Shown here: piece after piece, positions 19,901 through 28,254 of the stretch
How the letters are laid out: each line of letters begins with the position of its first letter
Numbering within the stretch: position 1 is the stretch's first letter
Source: a virus
Lineage: Duplodnaviria > Caudoviricetes
IMG/VR virus record: IMGVR_UViG_3300044724_000968
Location: 1 to 33,494 of that record
Direction: 5' to 3' (one strand)
DNA: 33,494 bases
Position numbers and translations under genes: made by a program
Notes under the pieces: model-generated
The model's database searches: none
Seen by the model: the letters and a program-made list of their open reading frames with translations, nothing else
What the model was told of the DNA's origin: nothing

Positions 19901-20993
19901 CGATTTAGAGTTAAATAAACTAAGTGACAACGGAAGAAAAAGAATCACAGAACAAGACGAGCGAGCCGCAGCAGAAAAAGCACTCGATTCTGTGGAGCTT
20001 ACGCTCGGAGGCACCGCCGCTGCTGGTAGACCAGTATTTGCACAAAATCCAGTCGGTAATGTGGTTTTCTTGTTTAAACGGTTTGCGGTGCAACGCTACT
20101 ACTACATGGCTCACCTGCTTGATCAGGCGTTGTCAGGAGCAGACCCAGAAACTCGCAGTATTGCTAAGAAACAACTAGCACAAGTCTTTATAATGTCAGG
20201 GATACTGGCTGGCGTAGGCGGTATGCCACTGATGGGCGCAATCGGCGCAATCTATAACATATTTACCGATGATGACGAAGATGATTTTGATGCCATGATG
20301 CGTAAGACTATACCGGGGGGTATGTATGACGGATTTGCAAACGAAATACTCGGTGTTGACGTGGCAAGTCGTGTCTCTATGAACAGCTTACTTTATCGCC
20401 CACCTATCGTAGAAAAAGATCAGTTTCCTCTTTGGACACTCGCAGAGCAAATAGGTGGCCCTGTCGTTGGATCAGTACAGAGTATATGGCGTGGCTACAA
20501 GTTGGTAGGAGAAGGTGAGTATCTACGCGGCGCAGAAGCCGCATTACCTGCAGCGGCAAGGAATCTTATTAGGGCGTATAGATTTGGAACAGAAGGCGCG
20601 ACAACCTTACGTGATGACCCAATCGTAAAAGACATTAACCCATACAATACGTTTATGCAGGGTCTAGGGTTCGCACCTGCAGATTATATCGAAAACCTAG
20701 AGAAGAACAGAAACGAGCGCAGTAAGAAAAACTTTATAGATCAAAAACGCCGTAAACTTATGAGGCGGTACAATATGGCTAGAAGAAACAACGACAACGA
20801 AGGCGTACAAAAAGCACTGCGTAAAATACAGGAGTTTAACGCCAACCTACCTTCAAACTACCGTGTAGAAAGTCGTATTGACCGTGAAGATCTTAGAAAA
20901 TCATATAAAGGGTTTACGCGCACTACGGGTAACATGGTAAATGGTGTTGTATATACAGACGCCATGCGTAAGAGTTACGAAGAGTATAAATAA
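13983..20993 (+). CDS. Giant internal virion / polyvalent protein with zincin metallopeptidase-like domain
   Basis: 2336-aa uninterrupted ORF with an N-terminal Gly/Ala hydrophobic region. HEMTH...DEFVAEAFSNPEFQ lies at about 17616-17785, followed by a PLxRFG-like YFRLNRDGDF and a helical C-terminal region. Confidence 0.75.
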   Translation: MGIFQYTDPQTRRSYDFEIAGDDPSNEDYAKIRQYLDGERAEYAQRYQNVFGKEFEVDDETAVRRGLRRGYQQIKGAVGETLGTAGEEAGLGFLAEYGQDVEERSRQRLGELLLEQPERMQSTDVDSIGSALTYAGELVGEQIPQLGLGLGAAIAAPVIAGTTGLSAVGLGIAAGGVATAPILFGNNIQRREDVVGEGNLTETDIYNALKATFGQAALEGISSKVLAGGLFRPLGKSIFTRTASRATGGATTEGLTEVGQQMMERAQAGLPIDSEDAIAEYREAAIAGGLIGGGTRATFGAFQGVPETEAEKKARLEAEADVDAEATAVTTEVETEAAAVTTDTDIGTDPTDVTQPEADKVEETIAAAEEITTVTDAQATEARNAADSTPPKGKAEQTDTQRAVAAADVDTSTDKQTAIAKEARLKQEEALRKTEKYIKPAVDPNAVAEDRDAALKSEQSGENIQVGVREEVEVDAVTTDSNVIDDDFLSGLSVPKEALIRRKNTKISLIGKKKNDPAVIEALKKYALTSSVSAAKQGVTDYLSSVGVSLERKSDTERLGVGVPSDQPSVVGGLGRDSTDTEVVAEADVGRLGTDLPPARDTADTTGIESDTLEDVDFVTARGSTYSIKEGNRTKRNRASNTKSGEFVEQPTSGKTIYMSYEDMNKFGSLFQQGELGLYKFLPIEGTTNEAQLVYTQDYGPFKAGDPVSDTQVTFSTTPEVGKHPVEIYDSTNKTGNDIHFGSKITKVNSTKPKTAAALEELKQQADIATAEPVAPAPQPATPAMQQAAIGGAETGLAGQVIPEPVQVPAAPPMQAAPVPQEQLQAMEAQQDAAAQARIDRVFESNRGKQPQVREYHDTQVDPRSAPEVTTAVDKEGVADLLETPDKDLDTRAKAAKLFFKRFRRPVDALAEMGAVSAAGPAQSIEKDYTPVEFAFYKGMTQKSAMDARKWVFDNLSRQAFVETRDASVLARRDTAKYSPSDAYIRATKSIKQVLNNEQRRYNRQLEKDVEAYTEAKRAEAAAEQVNKQLALDTSMDAPRPMVTQAGEELFRVTTPKKGETAFDSYLLSMGFKKRKVPKQDDYVFIDPDTKKALTDEELMDFYDGWVASREMGFLLIDPVHGLDQALLPSIRNALQRGDLGFALDAIASTSQVDRIREIAAKLANVVGDTQVQVVDDLSAMTGRKAAGFFRPQTNTIFIDANNGMNVHTILHEMTHAATSASLANPSLPEVKQLQAILKNMREQLGEVYGTADLDEFVAEAFSNPEFQRALALAPVDGGKMSGWEKFTGAVKRIVRKLLGLSPSPTALSEIDRLIDGMLAPSPATRAAPNMLLAAGTRKGAADLLGTYFTAVPKEDRNSYERIRDVVLANTPRSVKNFALSLQPVTNLTRIAKERIPFAPELNVLIDQASGAYRKALEPVDVIYEDYRKFRKANRAAYDKMLGLMNRATQEEVDPARPRDTYAQYWLSYFDKKTEKTVTRAFKNEQARNAEIAKLNADLKADEDAGKTLTRTKAKKAGDANADKTAMWDVLNKEYKALGKQGQDLYKITRNMGESAMDRILPAMKARIDAMGVDSATKRTAFEKLADLLHAESGVIRPYFRLNRDGDFRLQYVAPDPLTGNDEVFTERYDSERKLLQAQENVNKFLKRIEREDLVSQIESGRDSGVRNYGKAPSSSFVFNLLQTLQATGVDQKTMDRVVDLALDAIPERSFMQSFRSRKERASGGRGVFGALGEVTPSGMPGMDADPAELFRTNFRGIEKQLVQLEYGAKIQQFRNKLEDGNYLNRLDTDVMARKLDKIAEFAQSPSMPNWSRIATSAGFGWTMGANISSAAVTLFDMPMSVFPYLSGEYGIMKTTSAISNGAKLFLGSPETKTVTIMGADGQPVQREVKMSKFGKSMANYNYDDPNLPNDIKRYEPLVKLGTPRGFFNQSMTQEQLDITGDRDVLEKINVVSSFLFHHTERMGRETSLIAAYDLELNKLSDNGRKRITEQDERAAAEKALDSVELTLGGTAAAGRPVFAQNPVGNVVFLFKRFAVQRYYYMAHLLDQALSGADPETRSIAKKQLAQVFIMSGILAGVGGMPLMGAIGAIYNIFTDDDEDDFDAMMRKTIPGGMYDGFANEILGVDVASRVSMNSLLYRPPIVEKDQFPLWTLAEQIGGPVVGSVQSIWRGYKLVGEGEYLRGAEAALPAAARNLIRAYRFGTEGATTLRDDPIVKDINPYNTFMQGLGFAPADYIENLEKNRNERSKKNFIDQKRRKLMRRYNMARRNNDNEGVQKALRKIQEFNANLPSNYRVESRIDREDLRKSYKGFTRTTGNMVNGVVYTDAMRKSYEEYK
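15631..15822 (+). CDS. Candidate nested, overprinted 63-aa protein inside the giant gene
   Basis: AGGAG (15620-15624) lies 6 nt before the TTG. The product is an amphipathic helical sequence, while the host frame here is low-complexity. Confidence 0.45.
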   Translation: MKENLTQKDLELAFQVINQAWLEDSDETVQIPRSLRKLTWEDWELICHLLEILQIQQESSPIH

Positions 20994-20996
20994 AGA

Positions 20997-21017
20997 CCCC
21001 CTACTATATGTAGGGGG
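20997..21017 (-). terminator. Intrinsic terminator at the convergence of the structural and replication modules
   Basis: CCCCCTAC-TATAT-GTAGGGGG forms an 8-bp stem. It is followed on the - strand by TCTTTATTTA. Confidence 0.8.
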
Positions 21018-21067
21018 CCAAGTATAATGGAGAACAACTTACAGAAGAAGTCGCTATATATTGTGTA

Positions 21068-21295
21068 TCACACAATCCTCCACACTCGTAAACCTAATTT
21101 TTCATTTTCTATGCAAATTTGTATATCGAACTCCCAAGATTTCATTTTTGCAACACTTTTTAGTTGCTTCTCACCTTTATCGGTGTTGATACATGGTAAA
21201 AAGAACGACGACCCCACAGCCATATTGTCCCAGTTTATAGTGATCCGTAGCCCGTCAGGGTTCAGATCATCAAGCTTCATTACCTTTTGATCCAT
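21068..21295 (-). CDS. Small conserved phage protein, possibly DNA-binding
   Basis: WDNMAVGSSFFLP...GLRVWRIV pattern. The likely start is ATG 21295 (MDQKVMK), overlapping the 3' end of the primase gene. Confidence 0.65.
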   Translation of the reverse strand: MDQKVMKLDDLNPDGLRITINWDNMAVGSSFFLPCINTDKGEKQLKSVAKMKSWEFDIQICIENEKLGLRVWRIV

Positions 21296-24083
21296 CTTCC
21301 CCCTCGTCAAACTCTGCAAACTTTAGTTCAAGTACGTCTTGTGGCGGCATGTTTAGGTCCGTGCCTTTGGTCAGACGTTTCTTAGTTCGCTTTGCTCCCA
21401 TCTTCTCTTTCAGATCGTCTACTACAGAAGCGTAGTTTATCTGTTGATCTACACACCAATCCTTAAAGGGTTTGATCCGAAGAAATAGTAGCTTTGTGTC
21501 AGGTTCAAATCGTGCAACAAGCTGCCCTCTTGGAGATGCACTGATGGGTACAAGTTGATCCAACCCATTGTCGTTTCTACCACGAAGATCCTCTGTGCTT
21601 TCGATCTTCAAGAGGTTGTTGTAGTTTTCTGACAAGTAGTTGTTCAGCGTTTCTGATACCGATGCGCCGATTTCATTAACGAAGCTGTTTCGGCGAATTA
21701 ACTCTGCAACAATCCACTTATATACTTTGGCTATGTCGTACTTAATAAATCCAAGCTGCTTTGCTATAATCAGACCTGCTAGTACAACAGCGTTTCCATT
21801 TGACCAGAAGCGGTTTTCGGGACCAAGTTTAGCGGCAGTATCCAGCCGTGCCTTCGCTCGCTTGACGATAGCACGTGCCTCTTCTCGGTTATTTATAATC
21901 CACTGGATATACTCGACACCAACGTGTCCGTAATTTGCCTTTACCTTTTCTAGCAGGTCGGCGGTATCCGAATTGTTACCTACGGAGTGGATCATCTTGG
22001 TTACCTTAATCTCGAACAGCCTCTGCATCTCCGCTTTCGGTGTAGCTTTGTCCCTGCTCAATATCTCCCACGCACTTGTGTTACCAGAACTCAGCGCCAG
22101 CAGTTTCCACGGCTTGCCACGGATGCGCTCCACGTTACCGTTTGACGACAATCTATTCTTTTGTCTGCCACCGGATACTTGGTAAACATACTCAGACATC
22201 TCTCTGCTTGTGACGTTTGTCATCTCATCAGATACCAAAGGTAGGCTGTGCATAATTTCGCCACGGTTCATGCGGGAATTGTGAGTATCATCTTTTTGCA
22301 ACATCAATAATTCTGGATCGCCCCAGATAGACATAGCAGCCATCTGCGCTGTCGTTTTACCTACGCCTGTGCCACCGTAGAGATGCACTGCCATGCTGTT
22401 CAGACCTGTCAGAGCCATCAGCGGCGAGCCGAAACCAACGCCTACCACGTATTGATGCAGTTCAAATCCATCGCGGTTGTAGAAATCAAAGACTTCAAGA
22501 CTGCTTTCTTTTGTACCTTTTGGTTCAAACGTATCCATAAGCCCTGCGGTCTTCGAAGAAGGCGGGTTGTACGTCACGTCACTCGCCTCAATAAGTTTTT
22601 CCCCAAGAACAAAAGCGTCCATGTCATCATCGACCCAACCGAATTGGCGGTGCGCCTCGTCAGCAGTTGATGTACGTTGTAGTTCGTCTACCCATCTTGT
22701 TGTGTATACCATTAGCTTATCCAGACTTTTTCCCCATGCAGTAACGCCTTCATGCGCCATGCTTTTTCGAAACTCTTCTTTAGAAGTTACGTGTTTAAGC
22801 GGCACACTAAACTGCCGCACCCCATCTTTTGGTAAGTGTAAACGGAACACCAGAGTTTCGCCAAGTTCTTCGTCATGCAGTCGGCGCGTTATGTATATAT
22901 CGTGGTGGTAAATTAGATCTTCTGTGATGTCCCCCTCTGCGTTGCTGCCACGCAAGAACACACCGCCCCGTACGCCCCTAAAGTATGGTTTAGGGTACTC
23001 AGGTATATCAAACTCTTTCTGCGTTTTCTTGCCCTGCACAGGGGCTGATACGCTAACTACACCCTCGCTTTCTCGGATGCGTTTACCCAACACAATCGGC
23101 GATTTTATCTCACCCCAAAGTGGGCAGTCTCGACAGATACCCTCGTTAAGTTCGTCAAAACGTACGCAAGTATACGGACCTTTTATCTCGTCCAACTTTT
23201 TGCGCATTTCTGTTTCGTTATAATCAGGGTGCCTATTTGAAATTTTCTCAGCGGCTTTGTCTGCATCCACGCAAAACTTTGCGATGGAAAGACCCGCTCT
23301 CCACAAAGGCTCGCTTACTTCTGCCTGTTTGGTCGCAATAAATTCTATTTGTTTGCACCCACGCCCCGCAAAAGTTTTTTCGACAATCGTCTTAAAAACA
23401 TTCTCAGAGTTCTCGGCATAAGCTTCGTACAGTGCATCAGTTCCCAAATCTATCTTGGTAACTGGCATCACAATGCCAAGTTTTTGGACAAACTCGGACA
23501 AAACCACAGGCTGCGGCATCTCTACGCCAAGGAACTCAGTAGGTAGCGGCGTATCTTCTTTGTAATTATGGGTGTGCGGCACACGCAATATACGTGATCT
23601 ATCTGCCGTAACCGCAGGGTCAGCGCGAAAACCGTTCTCAGAACAGGCTCGCTTCAATCGCTCCGCTGCATCTAGCCATGTGTCCACCGAAACCGCTTCG
23701 GTAAGGGGCCAGTAAACATGTACTCCTCTGCCGCTGTTTACCATCAAAGGTTTAGGCAGGGATAGTTGTTTACAGAACTTGCGTAAGTCGCCTACCGCTT
23801 CTTGCTGCGTGGCATATTCTTTTGACGGGCCAACATCTAAATCTAAGAACAAAGATTTAAATTCGTATGCGTTATCGTGCTTACGGTTGGTTGGTTCTTG
23901 GAAGGTTGCTAGAGCAAAATAGGTGTCCATCCCACTACTATCGAATTTCATAGCCGCTCTTTCGACTTCTTCAATAGTTTCGTAAAACTTAGTTACCTTT
24001 GTTTCTGTTTCTTTATGCGCTGCAAACACGCAATAGAAACCGTTCTCGCTCAATACTCCCTGTAAAAAATTTTTAACTTCCAT
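21270..24083 (-). CDS. DNA primase-helicase (RepB/AEP-like primase, PriCT-like region, DUF927-type P-loop helicase)
   Basis: AEP motifs FLDLD and VNSGRGVHVYW, ILRVP, a Cys cluster, Walker A GGTGVGKTT and Walker B LVSDE. Start re-assigned to ATG 24083 because of GGAG at 24091-24094. Confidence 0.85.
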   Translation of the reverse strand: MEVKNFLQGVLSENGFYCVFAAHKETETKVTKFYETIEEVERAAMKFDSSGMDTYFALATFQEPTNRKHDNAYEFKSLFLDLDVGPSKEYATQQEAVGDLRKFCKQLSLPKPLMVNSGRGVHVYWPLTEAVSVDTWLDAAERLKRACSENGFRADPAVTADRSRILRVPHTHNYKEDTPLPTEFLGVEMPQPVVLSEFVQKLGIVMPVTKIDLGTDALYEAYAENSENVFKTIVEKTFAGRGCKQIEFIATKQAEVSEPLWRAGLSIAKFCVDADKAAEKISNRHPDYNETEMRKKLDEIKGPYTCVRFDELNEGICRDCPLWGEIKSPIVLGKRIRESEGVVSVSAPVQGKKTQKEFDIPEYPKPYFRGVRGGVFLRGSNAEGDITEDLIYHHDIYITRRLHDEELGETLVFRLHLPKDGVRQFSVPLKHVTSKEEFRKSMAHEGVTAWGKSLDKLMVYTTRWVDELQRTSTADEAHRQFGWVDDDMDAFVLGEKLIEASDVTYNPPSSKTAGLMDTFEPKGTKESSLEVFDFYNRDGFELHQYVVGVGFGSPLMALTGLNSMAVHLYGGTGVGKTTAQMAAMSIWGDPELLMLQKDDTHNSRMNRGEIMHSLPLVSDEMTNVTSREMSEYVYQVSGGRQKNRLSSNGNVERIRGKPWKLLALSSGNTSAWEILSRDKATPKAEMQRLFEIKVTKMIHSVGNNSDTADLLEKVKANYGHVGVEYIQWIINNREEARAIVKRAKARLDTAAKLGPENRFWSNGNAVVLAGLIIAKQLGFIKYDIAKVYKWIVAELIRRNSFVNEIGASVSETLNNYLSENYNNLLKIESTEDLRGRNDNGLDQLVPISASPRGQLVARFEPDTKLLFLRIKPFKDWCVDQQINYASVVDDLKEKMGAKRTKKRLTKGTDLNMPPQDVLELKFAEFDEGEDGSKGNEA

Positions 24084-24097
24084 GCTGCTGCTCCAAA

Positions 24098-24134
24098 TGT
24101 TGTGGTGGGCCAACTTGCAAAACCCACCACAACA
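24098..24134. promoter_or_regulatory. 12-bp perfect inverted repeat just upstream of the primase RBS
   Basis: TGTTGTGGTGGG (24098-24109) and CCCACCACAACA (24123-24134), with a 13-nt loop. Confidence 0.6.
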
Positions 24135-24167
24135 GGACTACCGTTAATGATCCGACTAATTTGCAGT

Positions 24168-25064
24168 TTAGTCGTCGTCCCAGTCATCAACGATAGATGC
24201 AAGGTCGTCAGCGGAATCAGAGGGAGCAGCTACCTCTTTCTTTTTGGCGACCTTTTTTGGCTGAGGTTCTGGCTCTGATTTCGGCAGATCATAGATGTCT
24301 ACCTCGTCGTCCTTAACCTCACCCCCACGTGCCTGCACCCCATCTGTTTGGGATACTGTCAGCGTGATTGCTTGGATAGCTTCATCACTATCCCTAATTG
24401 CCACGGCTTGTTCTAACTCTTCTTCTGAAAGAGGACGTGCCGCTTTGAAAAACAGTTTCGGTGTATCGCTGTTTTCGTCAAAAGACATTGTAGTAACCAC
24501 AGCAATAGATGGTGTCTTGTGCGCCTTGAGATGCTTGGCGTATGCTTGCATACCCATCTTACCGTCCTTGGCCTCACCGAAAATAGAGGTGGCAGGTAGG
24601 GACAACTGATAAACATTCTCCATATCTCCCTCTAAACACACCGCAAGACGTTGTGAGAACCTACAGGCTTTGCTGTCACCCTGACCAGAACCTTTAATAT
24701 TCTGAGGACACTCCATGCAGCGAGATGCTTGCATCTGATCTTTCGGTACACCAGAAGAAGGCTTTTGTGTATCGGGCGACCAGCAGGTAGGCGCAGATGG
24801 GTTTTCTGCATCGTACGCACCTTTGTAATACGTGCGTGATAGCTTTGCAGCGTTTACAATAATTACGTTCAAGAACCCATCGCTCTTGACGTTTATCTGT
24901 TCACCACCGACTAGCTGCCGAAAACGACCACCACGCAAGCTAATTCTACGGTTTTGATTACCGCCCGAACCGCCTGACAGGTTGTCATCGACATCCTGCA
25001 AAGACTTAAACAAGTCGCTAGAGACTAGGGAATTACCACCTTCAAAGAGGGTCATGTCTGACAT
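24168..25064 (-). CDS. Single-stranded DNA-binding / annealing-like protein
   Basis: Acidic C-terminal tail ending DDWDDD, a Cys cluster (CW..CMECPQN..KAC) and a replication-module context. Start re-assigned to ATG 25064 because of GGAG at 25071-25074. Confidence 0.65.
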   Translation of the reverse strand: MSDMTLFEGGNSLVSSDLFKSLQDVDDNLSGGSGGNQNRRISLRGGRFRQLVGGEQINVKSDGFLNVIIVNAAKLSRTYYKGAYDAENPSAPTCWSPDTQKPSSGVPKDQMQASRCMECPQNIKGSGQGDSKACRFSQRLAVCLEGDMENVYQLSLPATSIFGEAKDGKMGMQAYAKHLKAHKTPSIAVVTTMSFDENSDTPKLFFKAARPLSEEELEQAVAIRDSDEAIQAITLTVSQTDGVQARGGEVKDDEVDIYDLPKSEPEPQPKKVAKKKEVAAPSDSADDLASIVDDWDDD

Positions 25065-25075
25065 ATTGTTCTCCA

Positions 25076-25297
25076 TTAATATTCATTATACAGGGTGCCA
25101 TCTTGCCCCTTTTGTTGTGCGGCTGTCAACGCCGCTTCTACATCATCAAGCCGAAACCGATAAACTTCTCCGACTTTAATGTATGTATCTAATGGGATTG
25201 CCCCATTTCTGCACCATTTTCTGATAGTGGATACAGATACTTGAAAGTAATCCGCTACAACATTTATGTTTGTGTAGGGGGTTTCTACGTCACTCAT
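25076..25297 (-). CDS. Excisionase/MerR-like helix-turn-helix protein
   Basis: VADYFQVSVSTIRKWCRNGAIP...KVGEVYRFRLDDVEA. Confidence 0.8.
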   Translation of the reverse strand: MSDVETPYTNINVVADYFQVSVSTIRKWCRNGAIPLDTYIKVGEVYRFRLDDVEAALTAAQQKGQDGTLYNEY

Positions 25298-25683
25298 TTT
25301 TTCCTCACAGAAATAACGTACTCAGAGTCCACGTTTAAACCCGCTGGCATCAGGTCTGGGTTCTCCTCAAGAAATTGTCGTACGTTTGTTTGGTTGAGAC
25401 GCTTCTCAAAGAACTCAGGCAAGTTATGCTCCATTATGAATGAATGCATAGACTCCCAGTCATTCGTCCAGTAGCGTGATTTAATTGTGCGATAGAACAA
25501 CCCTGCGGCTGTCTTAACGCTATCTACGTTATGCTCTTTGCAGTGATCTAACAAAGCGCGTCTTATTTTATCTTGCTTATCTGCAAGTTGGTCATCCTTT
25601 TCAGCGAACTCCGCTTTCAATTCTGACCGTTTTGTACGTATGTTTACATACGCTTTTACCAACTTCTCGACGGGAACCGTCAT
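25294..25683 (-). CDS. Conserved phage hypothetical protein (N-terminal coiled coil)
   Basis: 129 aa with VKTAAG, DWESMHSFI and FFEKRLNQT. GGAG RBS. Genes of this kind are common in phage replication modules. Confidence 0.7.
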   Translation of the reverse strand: MTVPVEKLVKAYVNIRTKRSELKAEFAEKDDQLADKQDKIRRALLDHCKEHNVDSVKTAAGLFYRTIKSRYWTNDWESMHSFIMEHNLPEFFEKRLNQTNVRQFLEENPDLMPAGLNVDSEYVISVRKK

Positions 25684-25735
25684 CGGTGTTCTCCATTTTA
25701 TAGTTATATTACTGTTATATAGTGACTTATGTTAC

Positions 25736-27271
25736 TTAGTCAAGTATTTCTTTGTACAGATTTATCATTTCTGTGTGTACGTTGATGCGCTCGTCTAACA
25801 GACGGTAAATACGTTTTTCTGCGCTAGACCCCGCAAGCTGTATAACCGTGCATTTATGCTTCTGTCCTGATCTGTGAACACGTGCATTTGCTTGCGCGTA
25901 AGTTTCAAGAGAAGATGTCGGCCCCCACCATACCACGGTGTTTGCAGCGGTCAGCGTAACTCCATGAGCCGCAGCCTGCGGTTGGATTACTAAGACTTCT
26001 GGATCTGGTTCACTTTGAAAGCGAGCAAATATCTCGGTGCGTTTAGGCGCAGAAACATCTCCTCGTATGATAGCAGACGATATGCCGTCACTGGTTAGCT
26101 TTTCTACAAGCAGGTCGATAGTGTGCTTGAAAGGCACAAAGATAAGAACTTTTTGGCTGCTTTCATCTATAACTTCTTTGAGCGCTTGGTATCGACTCTT
26201 GATATCAAACTGCACTGTGTCACCATCATCGGTGTAAATCGCACCCGCACTTATTTGTAGGAGTTTGTTCAGTCCAATCGCTGCGTTCGCGGCGGTAACT
26301 TCTTCGCCTGCGACTTCCATTACCATCTTTTTCCGCAGTGTCTCGTAGTATTTCTTTTGTTGTGGTGTCATTTCGACGAAGCGTTTGGTGTACGTCATGT
26401 CTGGCAGATCAAGACATTCGTCTTTTGTAAATCTGATAGCAGGTTGAAGCACCCTGTGGACTGTATCTTTTGCCGTTTCTTTAGGTTTGTAGGTGAACTG
26501 CGTGTATTTATACATCACCATATCCCGCCAAGACCCAAAGAACCTTGGCACTGATAATGGGTTGACTAGCTTGGCTAGACCATACGCATCAAGGGGGGAC
26601 TGTGCAGCGGGTGTACCCGTCATCATCCACAGCCAATCTTTCTCCCCTATAAGTTTGTTTAGGGTTTTCCACCGTTTGGTCTGTGCGTTCTTATAGTGCG
26701 TAGCTTCGTCCACAATAAATAAATCGAAACCACCGTTGGCTATCTCGTCTTTTACAATGTCAACACCATCGTAATTTATGATAACGAACTCCGCTCCCCC
26801 GTTTATAATCTTTTGACGTTTCTCTTTGCTGCCATAAGCCACATCAACCGTCCGGTGCATTGCAAAAGAAAACAAATCATTTCGCCACGCGCTATCCATG
26901 ATCGACAGTGGGCAGATAACCAAGGCACGTTTTATTTTGCCGTGGGTCATCAAGTAGTCTGCCGCCCAGATTGCAGAGGCAGTCTTACCTGTACCCTGCT
27001 CATTGAAGCAAAAAGACTTCTTGTTGCTCGTCAAAAACGCAGCGGTGTCCTTTTGGTGCTCGTAAGGTTTATATTGTCCGGGCCACTTGTAACGTCTAGT
27101 AATGGGTGACGGTACGTTTATATTTAAACCTAATAGTTTGTGGACTTCATCAAGCCCCCAATTTACGACGACTTTATTCATCGGCAACTCCTTACTTTTA
27201 GGGATTACCGCCGTGATCTGTTTAGGATTACGGACCTTCAGCAGTAGTGCTTTGTCCCTTATGATTTCCAT
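25736..27271 (-). CDS. SNF2-family (SF2) helicase
   Basis: EQGTGKT, VICPLS, IVDEATHYKN, MMTGTP, GVTLTAA and QANARVHRSGQ. Confidence 0.92.
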   Translation of the reverse strand: MEIIRDKALLLKVRNPKQITAVIPKSKELPMNKVVVNWGLDEVHKLLGLNINVPSPITRRYKWPGQYKPYEHQKDTAAFLTSNKKSFCFNEQGTGKTASAIWAADYLMTHGKIKRALVICPLSIMDSAWRNDLFSFAMHRTVDVAYGSKEKRQKIINGGAEFVIINYDGVDIVKDEIANGGFDLFIVDEATHYKNAQTKRWKTLNKLIGEKDWLWMMTGTPAAQSPLDAYGLAKLVNPLSVPRFFGSWRDMVMYKYTQFTYKPKETAKDTVHRVLQPAIRFTKDECLDLPDMTYTKRFVEMTPQQKKYYETLRKKMVMEVAGEEVTAANAAIGLNKLLQISAGAIYTDDGDTVQFDIKSRYQALKEVIDESSQKVLIFVPFKHTIDLLVEKLTSDGISSAIIRGDVSAPKRTEIFARFQSEPDPEVLVIQPQAAAHGVTLTAANTVVWWGPTSSLETYAQANARVHRSGQKHKCTVIQLAGSSAEKRIYRLLDERINVHTEMINLYKEILD

Positions 27272-27283
27272 GTTGTTCTCCGT

Positions 27284-27300
27284 GGTAGTGTTTCACTACC
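27284..27300. promoter_or_regulatory. Palindrome GGTAGTG-TTT-CACTACC upstream of the helicase RBS, repeated at the window end
   Basis: 7-bp inverted repeat. TGGTAGTGTTTCA recurs at 33482-33494, where the window truncates it. Confidence 0.5.
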
Positions 27301-27583
27301 GTTTTTTCTTGGGGCTACTCAACGCACCCCCACCTGCACGATTTTTCTTGCGGCTCTGGACTTTGTACCCGTCCTTGTTTGTGCCGCCTTTACTCAATGG
27401 TTTTTTGTGAGCAATGTCTTTGCCCTCACGTTTATCGGCTACGCCGTTCTTGTTTGCATCCTTACCTGTCTTGTCCATCGCTCGACGCGCACGTTGGCGC
27501 TCCATGCGATCAGAGTGTTCTCCTCTGGATTTTTGCTGTTCGTATTCTTTTTTATATGGGCGGGGTTTGTTTTTGTAAGGCAT
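27296..27583 (-). CDS. Small basic HNH-like endonuclease
   Basis: GKDIAHKKPLSKGGTNKDGYKVQSRKKNR matches the DxxHxxPxSxGGxN..N pattern. Confidence 0.7.
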   Translation of the reverse strand: MPYKNKPRPYKKEYEQQKSRGEHSDRMERQRARRAMDKTGKDANKNGVADKREGKDIAHKKPLSKGGTNKDGYKVQSRKKNRAGGGALSSPKKKR

Positions 27584-28254
27584 CAGTTCTTTCCGTTATG
27601 TGGGCATTCTACAACTGGACAATGGCGCTTACACAAGCCAGATGGACGTGGGTTCCAAACGTCTGCTTTAAACGCCTTCTCCATCTTACCATAAATTCCT
27701 AACCATTTCTCCCAAAGAAGTGGCTCCGAATCAATTTCATATTGGTGTTTTACTAGCTTATTTGCGACAACAAATAACAGTCCCGCCCGTACTTTCTTGA
27801 TATCGGGGTAGTGCTTGAACACTGACATAGCCATCAACTCAAGCTGCCCCTTGTCTGCATATTGTGCAGACCTTCCTGTCTTATAATCTATGACCCAAGC
27901 AGTTTCGGCGAGAGTGTCCACGATCAACAAGTCTGCGATACCGCGAAACCACACACGCTTACTGAAGAAGTCGCATGGTTCAAGATCAGCCGTTAGTCCC
28001 AACTTCTTTTCACACAGTTTAACACCACGCTTTTTATTCAGGGCATCAAGTGTATCTTTGATAAAGTCGAACTTTTTAGGCAGGGGTTTACCTTCGCCGA
28101 TATAATTTTCACACGCTTTGTGGAACTCAGTGCCGTAGCGCATGGCTTCTGTCTCTTCGACAGGGTACTCCTTCAATATTTTTTCGTGGTAGAACTGCTT
28201 CGGACACGTCTCAAACGCTTTAGCCTTACTGAACGACCAAGGTGCTATACTCAC
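27583..28254 (-). CDS. Cas4-like PD-(D/E)XK exonuclease
   Basis: N-terminal CPKQF, ADLL..VIDYKTG, QLELMA and C-terminal CKRHCPVVEC (four-Cys Fe-S arrangement). Confidence 0.88.
   Translation of the reverse strand: MSIAPWSFSKAKAFETCPKQFYHEKILKEYPVEETEAMRYGTEFHKACENYIGEGKPLPKKFDFIKDTLDALNKKRGVKLCEKKLGLTADLEPCDFFSKRVWFRGIADLLIVDTLAETAWVIDYKTGRSAQYADKGQLELMAMSVFKHYPDIKKVRAGLLFVVANKLVKHQYEIDSEPLLWEKWLGIYGKMEKAFKADVWNPRPSGLCKRHCPVVECPHNGKN

Noticed and set aside
21027-21290. 87-aa + strand ORF after the terminator
   Set aside because: It is antisense to a gene with a recognisable motif and has no RBS before its ATG. Its start overlaps the RBS-like motif discussed in the findings.
27583-28254. Cas4-like nuclease as part of the RAMP/array system
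   Set aside because: It sits in the usual polymerase-nuclease-helicase replication block, about 3 kb away. Nothing in the sequence links it to the array.
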